From: Octopus bimaculoides
Lineage: Eukaryota
Assembly (NCBI RefSeq): GCF_001194135.2
Contig: NC_068984.1
Location: forward strand, 122,774,921 to 122,838,920
Direction of reading: 5' to 3'
Length of the DNA stretch: 64,000 bases
Of the stretch, positions 13,731-26,147 are shown piece by piece. The stretch's first letter is position 1. Each line of letters starts with the position of its first letter. The position numbers were made by a program, and so were the translations under genes. The notes beneath the pieces are model-generated. The model was not told the DNA's origin and made no database searches. It worked only from the letters and a program-made list of their open reading frames with translations.

Positions 13731-14130
13731 TAGGTGCAGGCATGGCTGTATGCTAAGAATCTTGCTTCCCAACAACTTGGTTCTGGGTTCAGTTTCACTG
13801 CATGGCACCTTTGGCAAGTGTCTTCTATTATAGCATCAGGCTAACCAAAGCCTTATGAGTGGATTTGGTAGAGGGAAACTGAAAGAAGCCTGTCGTGTGT
13901 GTATGTGTGTCTTTGCATCTATGTTTGTCCCCCACCTCTGCTTGACAACTGGCGTTGGTGTATTTACTCCCCCATAACTTAGCTGTTCAGCAAAAGAGAG
14001 CAATAGAGTAAGTACCAGTCTTTTAAAAAAAGAAAGTACTAGAGTTGATTCATTCAACTAAAAATTCCTCAAGGTGTGCCCCAGCATGGCCACAGTCTAA
14101 ACGACTAAAACAAGTAAAATATAAGAGATA
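13731..14130 (+). mobile_element. SINE family B, representative copy
   Basis: aggtgcaggcatggctgt..gtaagaa.cttgcttcccaac...ggttcagt..cactgcatggcacctt.ggcaagtgtcttct...ccaaagccttatgagtggatttggtaga..gaaactgaaagaagcc + (GT)n + 3' body ending actaaaacaagtaaaa. Other copies: + 25113-25500, 28826-29230, 43725-44070, 55165-55480; - 3970-4195, 41985-42310, 56250-56580. Confidence 0.85.
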
Positions 14131-14221
14131 TACAGGTGGAAAAATTTACATTATAGAGAATGTCTTAACTCCTCATGCTTTATTCTTCTCACTGCATGTT
14201 CATGTGTACAACATAATATAT

Positions 14222-14535
14222 ATGTGGCACATAAAAAGCACCATCCAAGTGTGGTCAATGCCAGTACCGTCTGACTGGCTCCTGTGCCAGTGACCTGTAA
14301 AAAGCATCATTTGAGCAGGGTCAATGCCGTGCCATCTGACTGGCCCCTGTGCCAGTGGCACGTAAAAAGCACCCACTACACTTTCGGAGTGGTTGGCATT
14401 AGGATGGGAATCCAGCTGTAGAAGCCTTGCCATTTCAGATAAGAGCCTGGTGCAGCCTCCTGGCTTGCTGGTCCTTAGTCAAACTGTTCAACCCATACCA
14501 GCATGGAAAGTGGACGTTAAGTAATAATGATGATA
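14222..14535 (+). mobile_element. SINE family C with ~60-nt internal tandem units and (GAT)n tail
   Basis: tggcacrtaaaa(a)gcacc... units, then gagtggttggcrttaggaagggcatccagctgtagaa...acccatgccagcatggaaagyggacgttaa(gat)n. Copies: + 1830-2020, 62440-62720; - 16305-16715, 50378-51075. Confidence 0.8.
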
Positions 14536-15675
14536 CATATACAAAATGTATGTGTACATATCTGTATTTAGTACCTATTTCTTTTTATGTGTTGGTGTTT
14601 ACATATACCTGTATCAGTGTCTCTGTGTATTTATATTTATGACAGTGCATATATGTATCTATCTAACACAGCAACCATCTGTCTGCCTGTTTCTGTCCCC
14701 ACATACTGGTTGTCATTGGCAACATGTTGATCCTTTACTTTTCATCTTTTCGAGTTGAGTGAAATAGCAATTATTTCGTCTGTTAGGACTCCAAAGAAGA
14801 AACACTGTTGCTCTTCAGCCCTGAGTCAAGCCTGATTGAGCTAACTGTGATCATCTGACTTTTTTTCTTACACCTAGAACGACATTATCTAAATTTGCTA
14901 CCCCCTCCCTTTTTTTTTTTAAGACAGTAGGATATGGTTTGAGGAGTGTTTGGCTGCTATTTTTAGCACATTGAGTAACTCACATAGAAGCTCCCTCATT
15001 GAATCATTGTTGTTCCTGTAACTGTTGCAGTATTTGGGCCTTGTCAGGTTATTGATGCTACAGCTATGTTTGCATGTATCTTAGGTCTATTTGGATTGAT
15101 TAGGAAAAATGTTTGCCCATATGTTTCTTTATTGTTTTATTGTTTTCAGTCTCAGTCATTGGGTTCAATCAATTACATCAATCTCCATGCTACTTTCAGT
15201 CTGGTGTCTAATTCATCAATCTATATCAATTGAATGGTTAGAACAGTAGGGTTTTTTTGTCTGTTATTTATATACAACACAGGTTTTAAACATAAACACA
15301 ATGACCTGCATACACACACACACATTCGTTATGAGTGACAGAAGAAGTATTAGTGTAAAATAATAATCTATATATCATACTTAAAGCAGCTACATCATTG
15401 AAAGACTAATTGACTATTAACTGCAGTACTCATCCTGGTATAGCATCTCTTATAGATGTACAGTGTTAAATAGCACAAAAATATATCAGTAGCAGATGGA
15501 AATTGTCCAGCATCCGAAAATCATCCAGCAGTAGTGGTCTTGATGATTTTCAGTTGTTACTGATATATTTTTGTGTTTTATAACATTGTACATCAAGAAG
15601 AGATACTATCTCAGGGAAAATACTGCATTTAATTAGGCTCCTAATGATGTATTTGCTTCAACACACACGCACGCA

Positions 15676-15725
<50 letters not shown>

Positions 15726-16120
15726 ATTGGCAAAAAATTACTCCAAAGACGAGTTTGTGCATACTGTTTATCAAACTAATAAGTTGCATATATATATATA
15801 TATATTATTAAGATTTGTTTTTATGTTCATTTATAATCCTTTCTACTGTAGACACAAGGCCTGAAACTTTGGGGGAGGGGTAGTCGATTACATCAACCCA
15901 ATATGTAACTGGTACTTATTTCATCAACCCCCCGAAAAGATGGAAAGAAACAATTTTACATTAATCTGATGGGTTACTCTGTACCTTTGTTGAGTACAAA
16001 TTTATTCTTAGCTAAGAATGTTGACAGTGACTTAAAATTTTCAGCCAGCTAAGTCGCTGTCAGACAATAGTTTAGCTGGCCAAAACTTTGAGGTTACTGA
16101 CAACATTCTTGTATAAGAAT

Positions 16121-16152
<32 letters not shown>

Positions 16153-17269
16153 TATCCAAATATGAATTAGAAGCAGCTGAAGAGATATATAGATGGAGTT
16201 ATAATCCAAACTATATCTTTGTGAAGCACATCTGCATATTTCAGTACTCCAAAATTTTTTTTTTACTTACTACATCTTTTTCACACTCAAGAGACTACCT
16301 CCAACATCATCATTTAGCATCTGCTTTCCATGCTGACATGGGTTAGTCAGTTTGACTGAAACTGGTAAGCTAGAGAGCTGCACCAGGTTCCAATCTGATT
16401 TGGCACGGTTTCTACTGCTGGATACCCTTCCTAACACCAACCACTCCAAGAGTGTAGTGGGTGCTTTTTACGCACCACCAGCACATGACTCCAGCATTGG
16501 CTACAAATGGCTTTACAAGTCTTCTCAAACATGGCATATCACCAAAGTTCTTGGTCACTTATCACCTCTGTGAGGCCCAACATCCAAAGGGTGTTTCTTA
16601 TGTGCCACCAACACAGGTGCCTGTTACATGACACCAGCATCGGCTATGACTACGGTTTCACTTGGCTTGATGGATCTTCTCAAGCACGGCATATCACCAA
16701 AGGTCCACATTGTCTCCGAATAGTTTAATAACTAAACAACTCTGCTTAATTTGTATAAAATTATCAGTTCTGCTGTCAACTAAATCTTACCTCAAATGTT
16801 TATTAATCACAACTGTAATGAATGCAAATGAGACAAAGGATGTTCTAGTAAAGTTGAAATACTTAAGTTTGAAGTGATTAATGCTTTGTTGGTAATTGGT
16901 TTATTACTGATTTGCACAACCAAGAAAAATGGTCTTTTTTTCTTCTACTTCTAGCATAAAACATCTCTTACTGGACATTTTCTGTGGCCATGTCTGTATT
17001 TCCATGCTCCATTCTTCTGAGAAGTAGCTGTTAAAATAATAGTTACCTGTTCTGTTTCAATTTTGTAATAAAAGCAGTATTTGTGAAAATAGAATTTTAA
17101 ACATTATAATTCTTTTAAGTTAAATCAAATCTCTGGTTTATGATATTGTTGTTTCCAAATCCAGTGTTTCATTTCCAGATAGCCTGAGCCTTATACTATC
17201 AACATTATTTCAAAAATCAAAATATCCATTACTGTGATTCTTTTTGATTTTTTTTTTTTACATATACTA

Positions 17270-17630
17270 TTCAGACAACACAACTCCAAAGTTGCATTCT
17301 TTAGCCAGGAATTTTCTGGCTTGATGAAATTGATCCAGGAATTCTGTTGGCTGTTGCCTGCAAGTTAGAAGTTGATATCTTGCAAAAACCTCCCTTGCTG
17401 GTTTAATGCGAATATTATGTAGAAAATTTTATTGCAGCCTCATAATTGTCGCAATAAATTCAAATCTTTTCATGAGGTAGGAAGTTTATGAGAGTGAGTA
17501 GTCTGTTCAAATCTGGAATGTTATTGACAAGAAATTTTTCAAGTAGCATACTTAACCAGTGTTTCACTTCAGAAGATGCAGATGTTGATTGAAAGGAACC
17601 ACTGAATATTTCAGGACATGTTTATCAACA
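17270..17630 (-). mobile_element. Decayed Ty3/Gypsy-like gag fragment
   Basis: Minus-strand pieces STSASSEVKHWLSMLLEKFL...LNRLLTLINFL and KPAREVFARYQLLTCRQQPTEFLDQFHQARKFLAKECNFGVV resemble, from memory, the invertebrate Gypsy gag motif KPKNEIFARHLLATRRQQPGESLDEFLQALKxLSKDCNF. No pol seen. Confidence 0.55.
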
Positions 17631-18609
17631 TTTGATTCGGTGAATAAACTGCTGTAAGAAGTAATCATAGGCTTTCTTCATTGAATGACATTTCAACTCA
17701 ATATCCAGTTTAAGTATGGGAGAGAACTTGCTAATTACAATACATTGCATAATACAACCTCCAGTTTCAATATGCAATTGAACTTGTCCATTGAAAGCTG
17801 CATCGTTAAAGTGAAGTACAATTACAACAGCCTTTAGTCTTGCTAATTATTTTTCTAGTCTATTCTATGATCTTAACTTGAGTTCTTATTATTAGTACCA
17901 TAGCTTCTTTAGTGATTGACTAGATATTTGAAATTTCTCACTTGAAATCCTGATAGTTCTCCAAATTGTTCATTAATCTAATATCTCTAGATATTTTAAT
18001 ATCAATTACTTCACATTCTCTTTTGTTTATTGTTGTTGTTCTGTGGTTGTTGTTGCTGCTATTTTGTAGCATGTTTGGCTCTGATTCAACAATAATATAG
18101 ACTAGAATAGTGGGATTAAACGAATTAGGCCTCCTTTATTTTTATAACTTTCTTGTTTTACTTGACATTGTTGGCAGATATCTAATTCTGTTACTAGACA
18201 TAGTTGAAGTTGCTCACATTGGTATCAGGCTCTAGACAGAAGTACATCAGCCGAAGAGATTTTACCCTTAGGCAAGGTTATTTACTCACCGGTTTACTTA
18301 ACTAGAAATTTGAAATCCATTTTTCTGTTTATGAATGATAACTAATGTTAGGCTAGCTTCATATTCAGGACTTTTCATGTCCCATTAAATACTAAAACAA
18401 CAGAAATTAACAAACAGGTGTGTGCATCACTATGTCTCTGTAAAAGTTGCCTGGCTGAATGTGTTAGGCATTAGACTGTGTCCATTGGTTATCTTGAAAA
18501 TTGAATCTGCTGTAGTTTTTTTTTTTTTGTGTATGTCTTTAGATGGAACAGTTTTATTCTACATAATCTCAGTCCATTATTCTATTGAGAAAAGATCTCT
18601 CTCTCTTTT

Positions 18610-18684
<75 letters not shown>

Positions 18685-20128
18685 ATTATGAAGCCAGTGT
18701 TAAACACTACCACTTAAAAGCTTCCAAAGCTTATGAGACACAATCTTAGCGTCCCATGTCCAGAGGGCTGTGGGTTTGATGTGATGCTCAATTCAATCAG
18801 TTGGCAAATGTTTAGAAACAAAGATGGTGTTTTCAGATAGTTTTGGCAGCACATCTGAATAATTGAAACTATATTACCTCAGTATGGTCCCAGCCAGAAT
18901 AAACTTGCCTCGTTCACTTTCAAAATCGCTAGTTGATTAGGCAGCCCCCTCCCCATCCAATTGCCATGTGTGTGTGTGTGCACGCGCCTGCCTAGCTTTA
19001 AGATGGTTACATCTGTCTTTGCTTTGATTATATTTGGCAACCTGGTCTGTTGTGTTCATTATCACTACTTTGGAATAGAGATTAAACCTGTGGATTATGG
19101 CATAGTACAGGTTGTAGGTAATCCTCAGCTCTAGTTCTGTATTTGATGTGGATTGTAGGGTAAATTTGTTTATCTCTGTGAATAACAGAACATTCAGAAG
19201 TTCTAAAAGTATTTTATGAAATAATGCTGTGTTTTGTTTTACTTTTACAGTTCAAGACTCCTTGTTAATATTGTCAATATTAGAAGATAAAAAGTTGATT
19301 GGTGGTAGAATCAGTAAAGTTGTAGATAAAATGCTTGGTGGTATTTAGCCACATCCCAAATGGATTAAAATAAGTAGCACTTAAGTACTGGCCCCACTAA
19401 ACCAACTACATTCCTCACTTAAATTTGTAACCTTGAATCAAAAGTTATAAACAATATTAGAAAGTATATGAAACACAATGTCTGTGAAGCATGAATTGTC
19501 TGTCTTCAGTTTGCTTAACTGAGAATAAAATGGAGCTTCCCACTTTACTTCACAGTTGAGCAACTGTTGGTGGGAAAGGCTATCAGCTGTAAAAACAATT
19601 GATTCAACAAATCAACTCACTCATGCAAATTTAGGGGAATGGATGTAAAATAGTGAAACAACAAAAATGAAAGGGTGTGGGACAGTGAAGTATAGAAAGA
19701 ACTAAGGCATTGGCCTAAATACCTTTCAGCATTAGTTTATCTTTATTCTGAGATCAAATCCTGCTGAGTTTGTCTTCTACACTTTCATCTTCTAAAGCTT
19801 GATAAAATAAGTGCTTATTAGCTATGTATATTCTATGAATATACTACTGCACTATAAATTTTTGGCATTGTACTATATTCAGTGTGAAAATAGGAATATA
19901 AGAATAGCCGAAAGACCTGGCTAGTTGAATACATGACTTTTTTTTAACTTCATTATCCCTAATCACATAATGTCTTTAACCTATTCCCTTTTAAATCTAT
20001 GCCTGGCACATTAATAAGGCATCAATTGAGAGTTTAAAAGGGTTTAAAAAGGTTTAAAAGGGAGTGTCTACTTTCCATACTACATTTGCATCTGACTACC
20101 CTTACATTTTAAATCCCATCATGACAGT

Positions 20129-20353
20129 TTAACCCTCTTCTTACCACATTTCTCTTGAAATACATGGCTTTTTGTTTGTTTGTTTTGAAAATAATGAAGA
20201 ATTTATTTAAATATTTTTTTTTTAAGCTGGTATTTGCAACATAAAATTAACGTGAAATATTACTGGAAGGTTTTAATTACGACCATTTTAAAACGGGAAG
20301 TTTGTATCATAAAACAGGGACAATTTCAGGCAGATTGGTATCCAAAAGGTTAA
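20129..20353. mobile_element. piggyBac-like MITE family 2
   Basis: ttaaccctcttcttacca...tggtatccaaaaggttaa termini. A degenerate homologue lies at ~42380-42600. Confidence 0.6.
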
Positions 20354-21063
20354 AATAACTTCCTTACTAAAATAATTCATCTGAGTTCAAATCCTGCTAG
20401 GGTTAAACATTATTTTTTTGTTCCTACTAACAGGGTCAGGCATTTATCTAGGACTATCCTCATTGGTTCGTTTACATGGTATTAGGAATGGATGTTGGGT
20501 ACTGTTTTGTATACTTATGGTTGAAAGTGATGATTCCTTACTTCCTTTTTTCTAGACCTATTGTATCTAGGACTGCATTGTCTAACATACCCTTCTTTCA
20601 TTGTTGCTTTATTTCATACCTTTCGTTCAGACAATGTATTTAGAATTACATCATTCAATATAGTCTTCCTATTTTTTTAAAGACTTCTGGATGTGATTTG
20701 AGAGAGATTTGGCTGCTATTTCTAGCAGGTTGATCAACCACATATCTGCTTTACCATTTCTTTTTTTAAAGTTGGTAGGGTGTGATTTAATGGAGACTTG
20801 GTTGCTATTTCAAGCAGGTCAAATAATAATGTAGAGTTTCCATTCTTTAGCTGGTGTTGTTGTTGTTGTTGTTGTTGTTGTTATGGTTTTGGTGCATTGT
20901 TGAGCTATGAGAATTAGAACAATTACACATCACCACAGATTTTATTTCCCATGCTCAAATCTGTACTTACTGTCCCAGGGTAGATGAGTCATTGAGACTA
21001 CAGGTTCTGCAGCAACTAGAAATTTACTGATTTTGTTATAAAAAGCATATGTTCTATATATCA

Positions 21064-21104
<41 letters not shown>

Positions 21105-21504
21105 AACAAACATGAGACATGTAAGGACTATGAAAAAAACATTATATAGATACAATTGCCTGACCTTCTGCAACCACATGTATACATTGGTGTGTTGAAT
21201 CAGTTTCTTTTTAGTCTTTCCCTGCTATACCAATACCTAAAAAAACCTGGAACTATCTAGGTGAATGGTGGTAATGTAGAATTAAGTGCTCTGCTAAGAA
21301 ATACAATGAAATATATGCAGTATATTTGAACAGATGCACTGAGATCTGAAAGTCGATTAAACCTAATATAACCATACCAGCTTTTTATGTGTTCCCCATG
21401 CCGTTGTTAAATGTGACTAGAAGGAGAGAAAATGGTGTATGTGAATACAGAAAACAGTATCCAAAGTTATTTCTATCTTTCTCTCCTCTTCCCTCTCTCT
21501 CTCT

Positions 21505-21540
<36 letters not shown>

Positions 21541-21592
21541 AGTGCATTTAATGACATCATTAAAAGCTTCAAGAATCTCATATTATGTTCCT

Positions 21593-21624
<32 letters not shown>

Positions 21625-21926
21625 NNNNNNNNNNNNNNNNNNNNNNNNNNNNNNNNNNNNNNNNNNNNNNNNNNNNNNNNNNNNNNNNNNNNNNNNNNNN
21701 NNNNNNNNNNNNNNNNNNNNNNNNNNNNNNNNNNNNNNNNNNNNNNNNNNNNNNNNNNNNNNNNNNNNNNNNNNNNNNNNNNNNNNNNNNNNNNNNNNNN
21801 NNNNNNNNNNNNNNNNNNNNNNNNNNNNNNNNNNNNNNNNNNNNNNNNNNNNNNNNNNNNNNNNNNNNNNNNNNNNNNNNNNNNNNNNNNNNNNNNNNNN
21901 NNNNNNNNNNNNNNNNNNNNNNNNNN
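21625..21926. other. Assembly gap (N run)
   Basis: Other gaps at ~6732-6758, 10129-10138, 10429-10667, 11005-11014, 27321-27348, 28294-28303, 33450-33671 and 62302-62345. Most abut microsatellites or SINEs, typical of short-read assembly. Confidence 0.98.
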
Positions 21927-22374
21927 TCAGTACTTCGATATATCCTTTTTTTTTGTCTTTTTGTTTTGTTTTATTTTTCATATTTTCCCCCCACTCCTCT
22001 TGCAAAGCTCTAATGCACGAAATATAACCCGTAATCTTCTGGGATAAGTTTTTTTTTTCTTTTTGTTTTTTCTTATTTCTTTTGGCTCCTGGCCCACAGA
22101 TTAGTATCTCCTAGGGAATGTAAAAATGTAACCATATTTTTTATGAGATTTACCCCCAGAAAAGCAGAGGAGGAGTGAGAGAGGGTAAAGAAAGAGAAAG
22201 AGCAGGATAAGGAAAACAAGAAAGATCATGAGAATAGAAAAAAGAAGTAAGACAAAGAGAGGGTGAGAGAAGAAAAAATTCTGAAGAGGAAATGGAAAAT
22301 TTGCTCTGCTTATTTGTGTATTGTGTCCCCGTCATCTATGCCCCTGTGGCTAATAAAAGAAATTATTATTGTTA

Positions 22375-22606
22375 AAGTGGCAAGCTGGCAGAATTGTTAG
22401 CACACCGGGCAAAATGCTTAGCAGCATTTCATCCATCATTATGTTCTGAGTTCTAATTCTGCCAAGGTAGGCTTTGCCTTTCATTCTTTCGGGGTCAATA
22501 AATTAAGTACCGCCAAAACTCTTGGCTGATGTAATCAACTACTCCCATCCCCCAAAATTTCAGGCCTTGTGCCTTTAGTAGAAAGGATTATTATTATTAT
22601 TATTAT
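22375..22606 (+). mobile_element. SINE family A, representative copy (tRNA-like head, central conserved core, (ATT)n tail)
   Basis: gcaagctggcagaattgttagcac...ctgagttc(t/a)aattc...gcctttcat(c/t)ctttcggggtcaataaa..aagtacc...gatgtaatcaact...caggccttgtgcc...(att)n. Related + copies at ~7388-7601, 10830-11260 (2), 27140-27395, 34670-35390 (4-5), 38350-38600, 52070-52520 (2), 58070-58243, 58550-58790, 59370-60035 (3). Minus copies at ~6760-6885 and 15835-15950. The core resembles the Deu/Nin-type conserved SINE domain (from memory). Confidence 0.85.
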
Positions 22607-22819
22607 GTTCAGAAGATGTTGTGAGGTTTAGTGGTTTCTTGGGTTATGTTGTAGGATTTGTTTCAAGCTGTTGTCCATTGGATATAAATGTTAGTGCCAT
22701 TTCTATTGTCCATTCATATCTTGTACAAAGTGTTAAAATGTAATCATTTTTTCTATCTGACTTATTCAAAAAGGGACAGAGAAAGGGTGGGTAAATATGA
22801 TGAGGTGGGTGAGAGTACT

Positions 22820-24380
22820 AGAAAGCACTCATCTCTAGAGAATTGACCATATGTCCCTTAGCAAAACAAGGTATGGTGATAAATATACCTTTCTTTAGAA
22901 TGGAAAGCCAACAGAAGAGCAGCGCATGGCGTAAGCTTTGCAGCTCACAGTGATCTTGTTAATAGAAATAACAACTGACATCAGTGAAAGATTGATGATT
23001 TTCTGCTTAAAGCTTACTGGGTCTAAAAATATGTGACAGTCATCAGTGTGTATACATTCACATAATGTAGATAGGTAAGTTAAAGAGGAATTTTACTCTT
23101 AGACTGTAGTCAAAGCACTGGCATATGACTGACTATTATTGTATGGATGTACATCTAACACACATTATGACGGGTTAATGATTGCTGGACAGACCACCAC
23201 TTAACAATTTAATATAGTAATTCAGTTCTTTCCAACGTGATGTTCACAGCAGAAACAATACCAGTTGAAAAAATCAACTCTGAATCTTTTTCAAACCTGG
23301 CAAAGACTGTGTACTTAGAGGATAAACTGTCATCCAACAGCCTGGAAATTTCAGCATCATTAAAAACATATGGTGCACTGTAATGGCAAGCATCTCTGTA
23401 GTTTGTCAGGAGTCCTTGGGCTTCACAGCAGGAAAACATGAAGACTGGTTTGATTAGAACAACACCTAAGTCAAGCAGCTTATCAACAGAAAAAAAGAGC
23501 AGTTTTTCTTGCCTTCGAAAATTACAAGAATAATAAGCACAAAGGGAAAGTTTGCCAGCAGACAAAGGCTGCAGTCCAGAAACAAACATATGGAGTGCAG
23601 AACAATTGGTGGAAGGCCAAAGTATCTGAATTCCAGAAACTGGCTGACATGCATGGCATGAGAGGTTATTTCAACGTAACTGAAGCAATCTCTGATCCTA
23701 GTATATGTCCAACACCCTTCAGATCTAAAGACTGGACAAAACTAATGAAGAAGCTGCTGCTATCAACAATCTGTGGAAAGAACATTTTGAAGACTGGTTT
23801 AGTTGTGACTGTGCAGCCAGTGAAAGATCTCAGATCTCTGACAATATCAAACACTGACCAATGATGAAGTATCTGTAACACATGACACTGCAGAAGCCAA
23901 AGCAACAATCTGTTTCTTAAAAAAAAATAATAAAGCACCCACCTGGGTCTGATGGGATTCTGGCTAACATACATTAACTTCAGAATGAAGCACTAACAGA
24001 ATGGCTTTGTTTCTGTTTCTGCTAATCTGGATGTGAACAGAGATAACCATTGACTTCAGAGATGCAGCCATCATTACCATCTTCAAGAAGGTAGACAAAT
24101 CAGATGATGGTAATTCCTGAAGAATTTCTCTTTTGTCAACTGTTTGGAAAATTCTAACTTAACCATCTCCACTTGCTATTGGAGACCCATTCAAATCTTA
24201 GTCTGATTTTCAACTTTCCAGAGGCTTAATTGATATAAGCTGTGCTTGCCAGCAACAGGAGAATCTTTACACATAACATTTTTGAACACACCAAGGTATT
24301 TGGTTCCATAAACCATAAGGCTCTGTGGAAAGTTCTAGCCAAGCTTAGTTGTGCACAAAAATTCATTCTAGTCCAGCTGA
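22820..24380 (+). mobile_element. Decayed RTE-clade LINE (APE endonuclease remnant through N-terminal RT)
   Basis: Fragmented translations YTFL*NGKPTEEQR/HGVSFA, KHWHMTDY, DCWTDH, QESLGFTAGKHEDWFD, MQNNWWKAKVSEFQKLADMHGMRGYF, NLWKEHFED, DFRDAAIITIFKKVDKSDDGNS*RISLLSTVWKIL and TKVFGSINHKALWKVLAKLSCAQKFI match RTE ORF motifs in the correct order. Confidence 0.85.
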
Positions 24381-25277
24381 CAGGAAAATCAGTTAGCATA
24401 AGTGGAGATAGTATGTGTTTTATGTATGTGTGCATAAGTGTAAAGTAATAGCTGATGTGACATCTGGGCAGAGATTGATATGGAAGTGAAAATAAAATGT
24501 TTTCTTATTGGAAAATGCCATCTAGATTCTCTCTCACTCACTCTCCCATTCACCCACACCAACCTTTACACACTTACTGCTAATTTGCTAGTAATTTCCT
24601 GTTGGTTAACCATTCCAGTTACCATTAGCACCAACGCCATCATCATTACTGGTCTTCATATCATCATCGTCAAAGTGAGAGAACCTCTAGGTAGTCATTA
24701 GATCTGCTAGAAATAGTAGCTAAGTCTCCCTCATATAACAGGTTGCCATCTTAAAAAAAGGAAAGGTCATATTAGATGTAGTTCTATATATAACATATGC
24801 ATTGTACAAGACTATCACATGTGCACACACACACACACACACCTTGTACAGGACTGCAACACAGGCAAACACACACACAACAGCATATTTTGAACATGAC
24901 TTCAATACATGTGTACTGACACATGTGTAGTCAGTGCCCACCATCATAGCATAGGTCTGCTCAGTTGAGGTTGGCCTAGTCCATCAGCTGCAACAATCAT
25001 CATCATCTTTGCAGTAGTCTTTACTCTGCTGTCCCAATCCTGCTTATTGTCATCACAATCATTGGTCATTATTACCAATGTTGTCCCTGTTATTGCAGTC
25101 CCCAACATTATAGGTACATGCGTGGCTGTGTGGTAAGAAGCTTGCTTCCCAACCAAAAGGTTCCAGGCTCTTGTTCCACTGAATGGAACCTTGGGCAAGG
25201 TCGACCAAAGCCTTATGAGTGGATTTGGTAGATAGAAGCTGAAAGAAGCCCATCATGTGTGTGAGTATATATGTATG

Positions 25278-25312
<35 letters not shown>

Positions 25313-26116
25313 CTGTGTGTGTTAGTGTATTTACTTCCCCATAACTTGGTAGTTCAGCAAAAGATATTGATAGAATAAGTACCAGGCTTAAAAACAAAGA
25401 AAAAATGTACTGCGGTCAATTCTTTCAATTAAAAATTCTTCAAGGTAGTGTCCCAACATGGCTGCAGTCTGGGGACTGAAACAAGTAAAAGATAAAAGAT
25501 TATTTTCATCATTATGACCACCACTTGTATTTGTTCATGGGTTGTCCTCTTTTACTGTCCCTCCATCCCGTCAGCTGGTGACAATCTACTTTCATAGAGC
25601 CTGTATGTGGTTGCTAATCAACTGACTAGAAACAACCACCAAATCACCCTCAAATGTCACCCTTTTTGTCTTGAAAAAAAAAAAAAAAAAACACAGAGTT
25701 GCATATTGGAAAAATGTCACTCTGGAAGAGATGGTCATGGCTGGAGTGTCTTTAATCAGGACTAACCTCAGGCAAGTTAACATCAACAACACACCATTGG
25801 TCCTTTTTCCTTCCCCATTCTCATTAAAAACAGGAATTCTTGTAGTAAACTATTCATTGCATCGGTATTTCTAGGCCATTTGGAGGGGAGGGGGATTAGG
25901 GCAGATTGTTGTTATTGCCCTCCTTTCAAATAGATCCTGTCTTTGTTGTTTGTCAATGTTCTGCTCTTCCTTCCTTTAATATCATTGTCTGTCTGTCTGT
26001 CTGCCTATCCTTTCTGTTCTTAACTCACAAGGAATTGAAGCCCCATCCCTCACCAGATTAGCACTTTTGTTTCAACATACCTACCTGTCTACCTCTCCTT
26101 TCTCCCTTCCTCTCTC

Positions 26117-26147
<31 letters not shown>

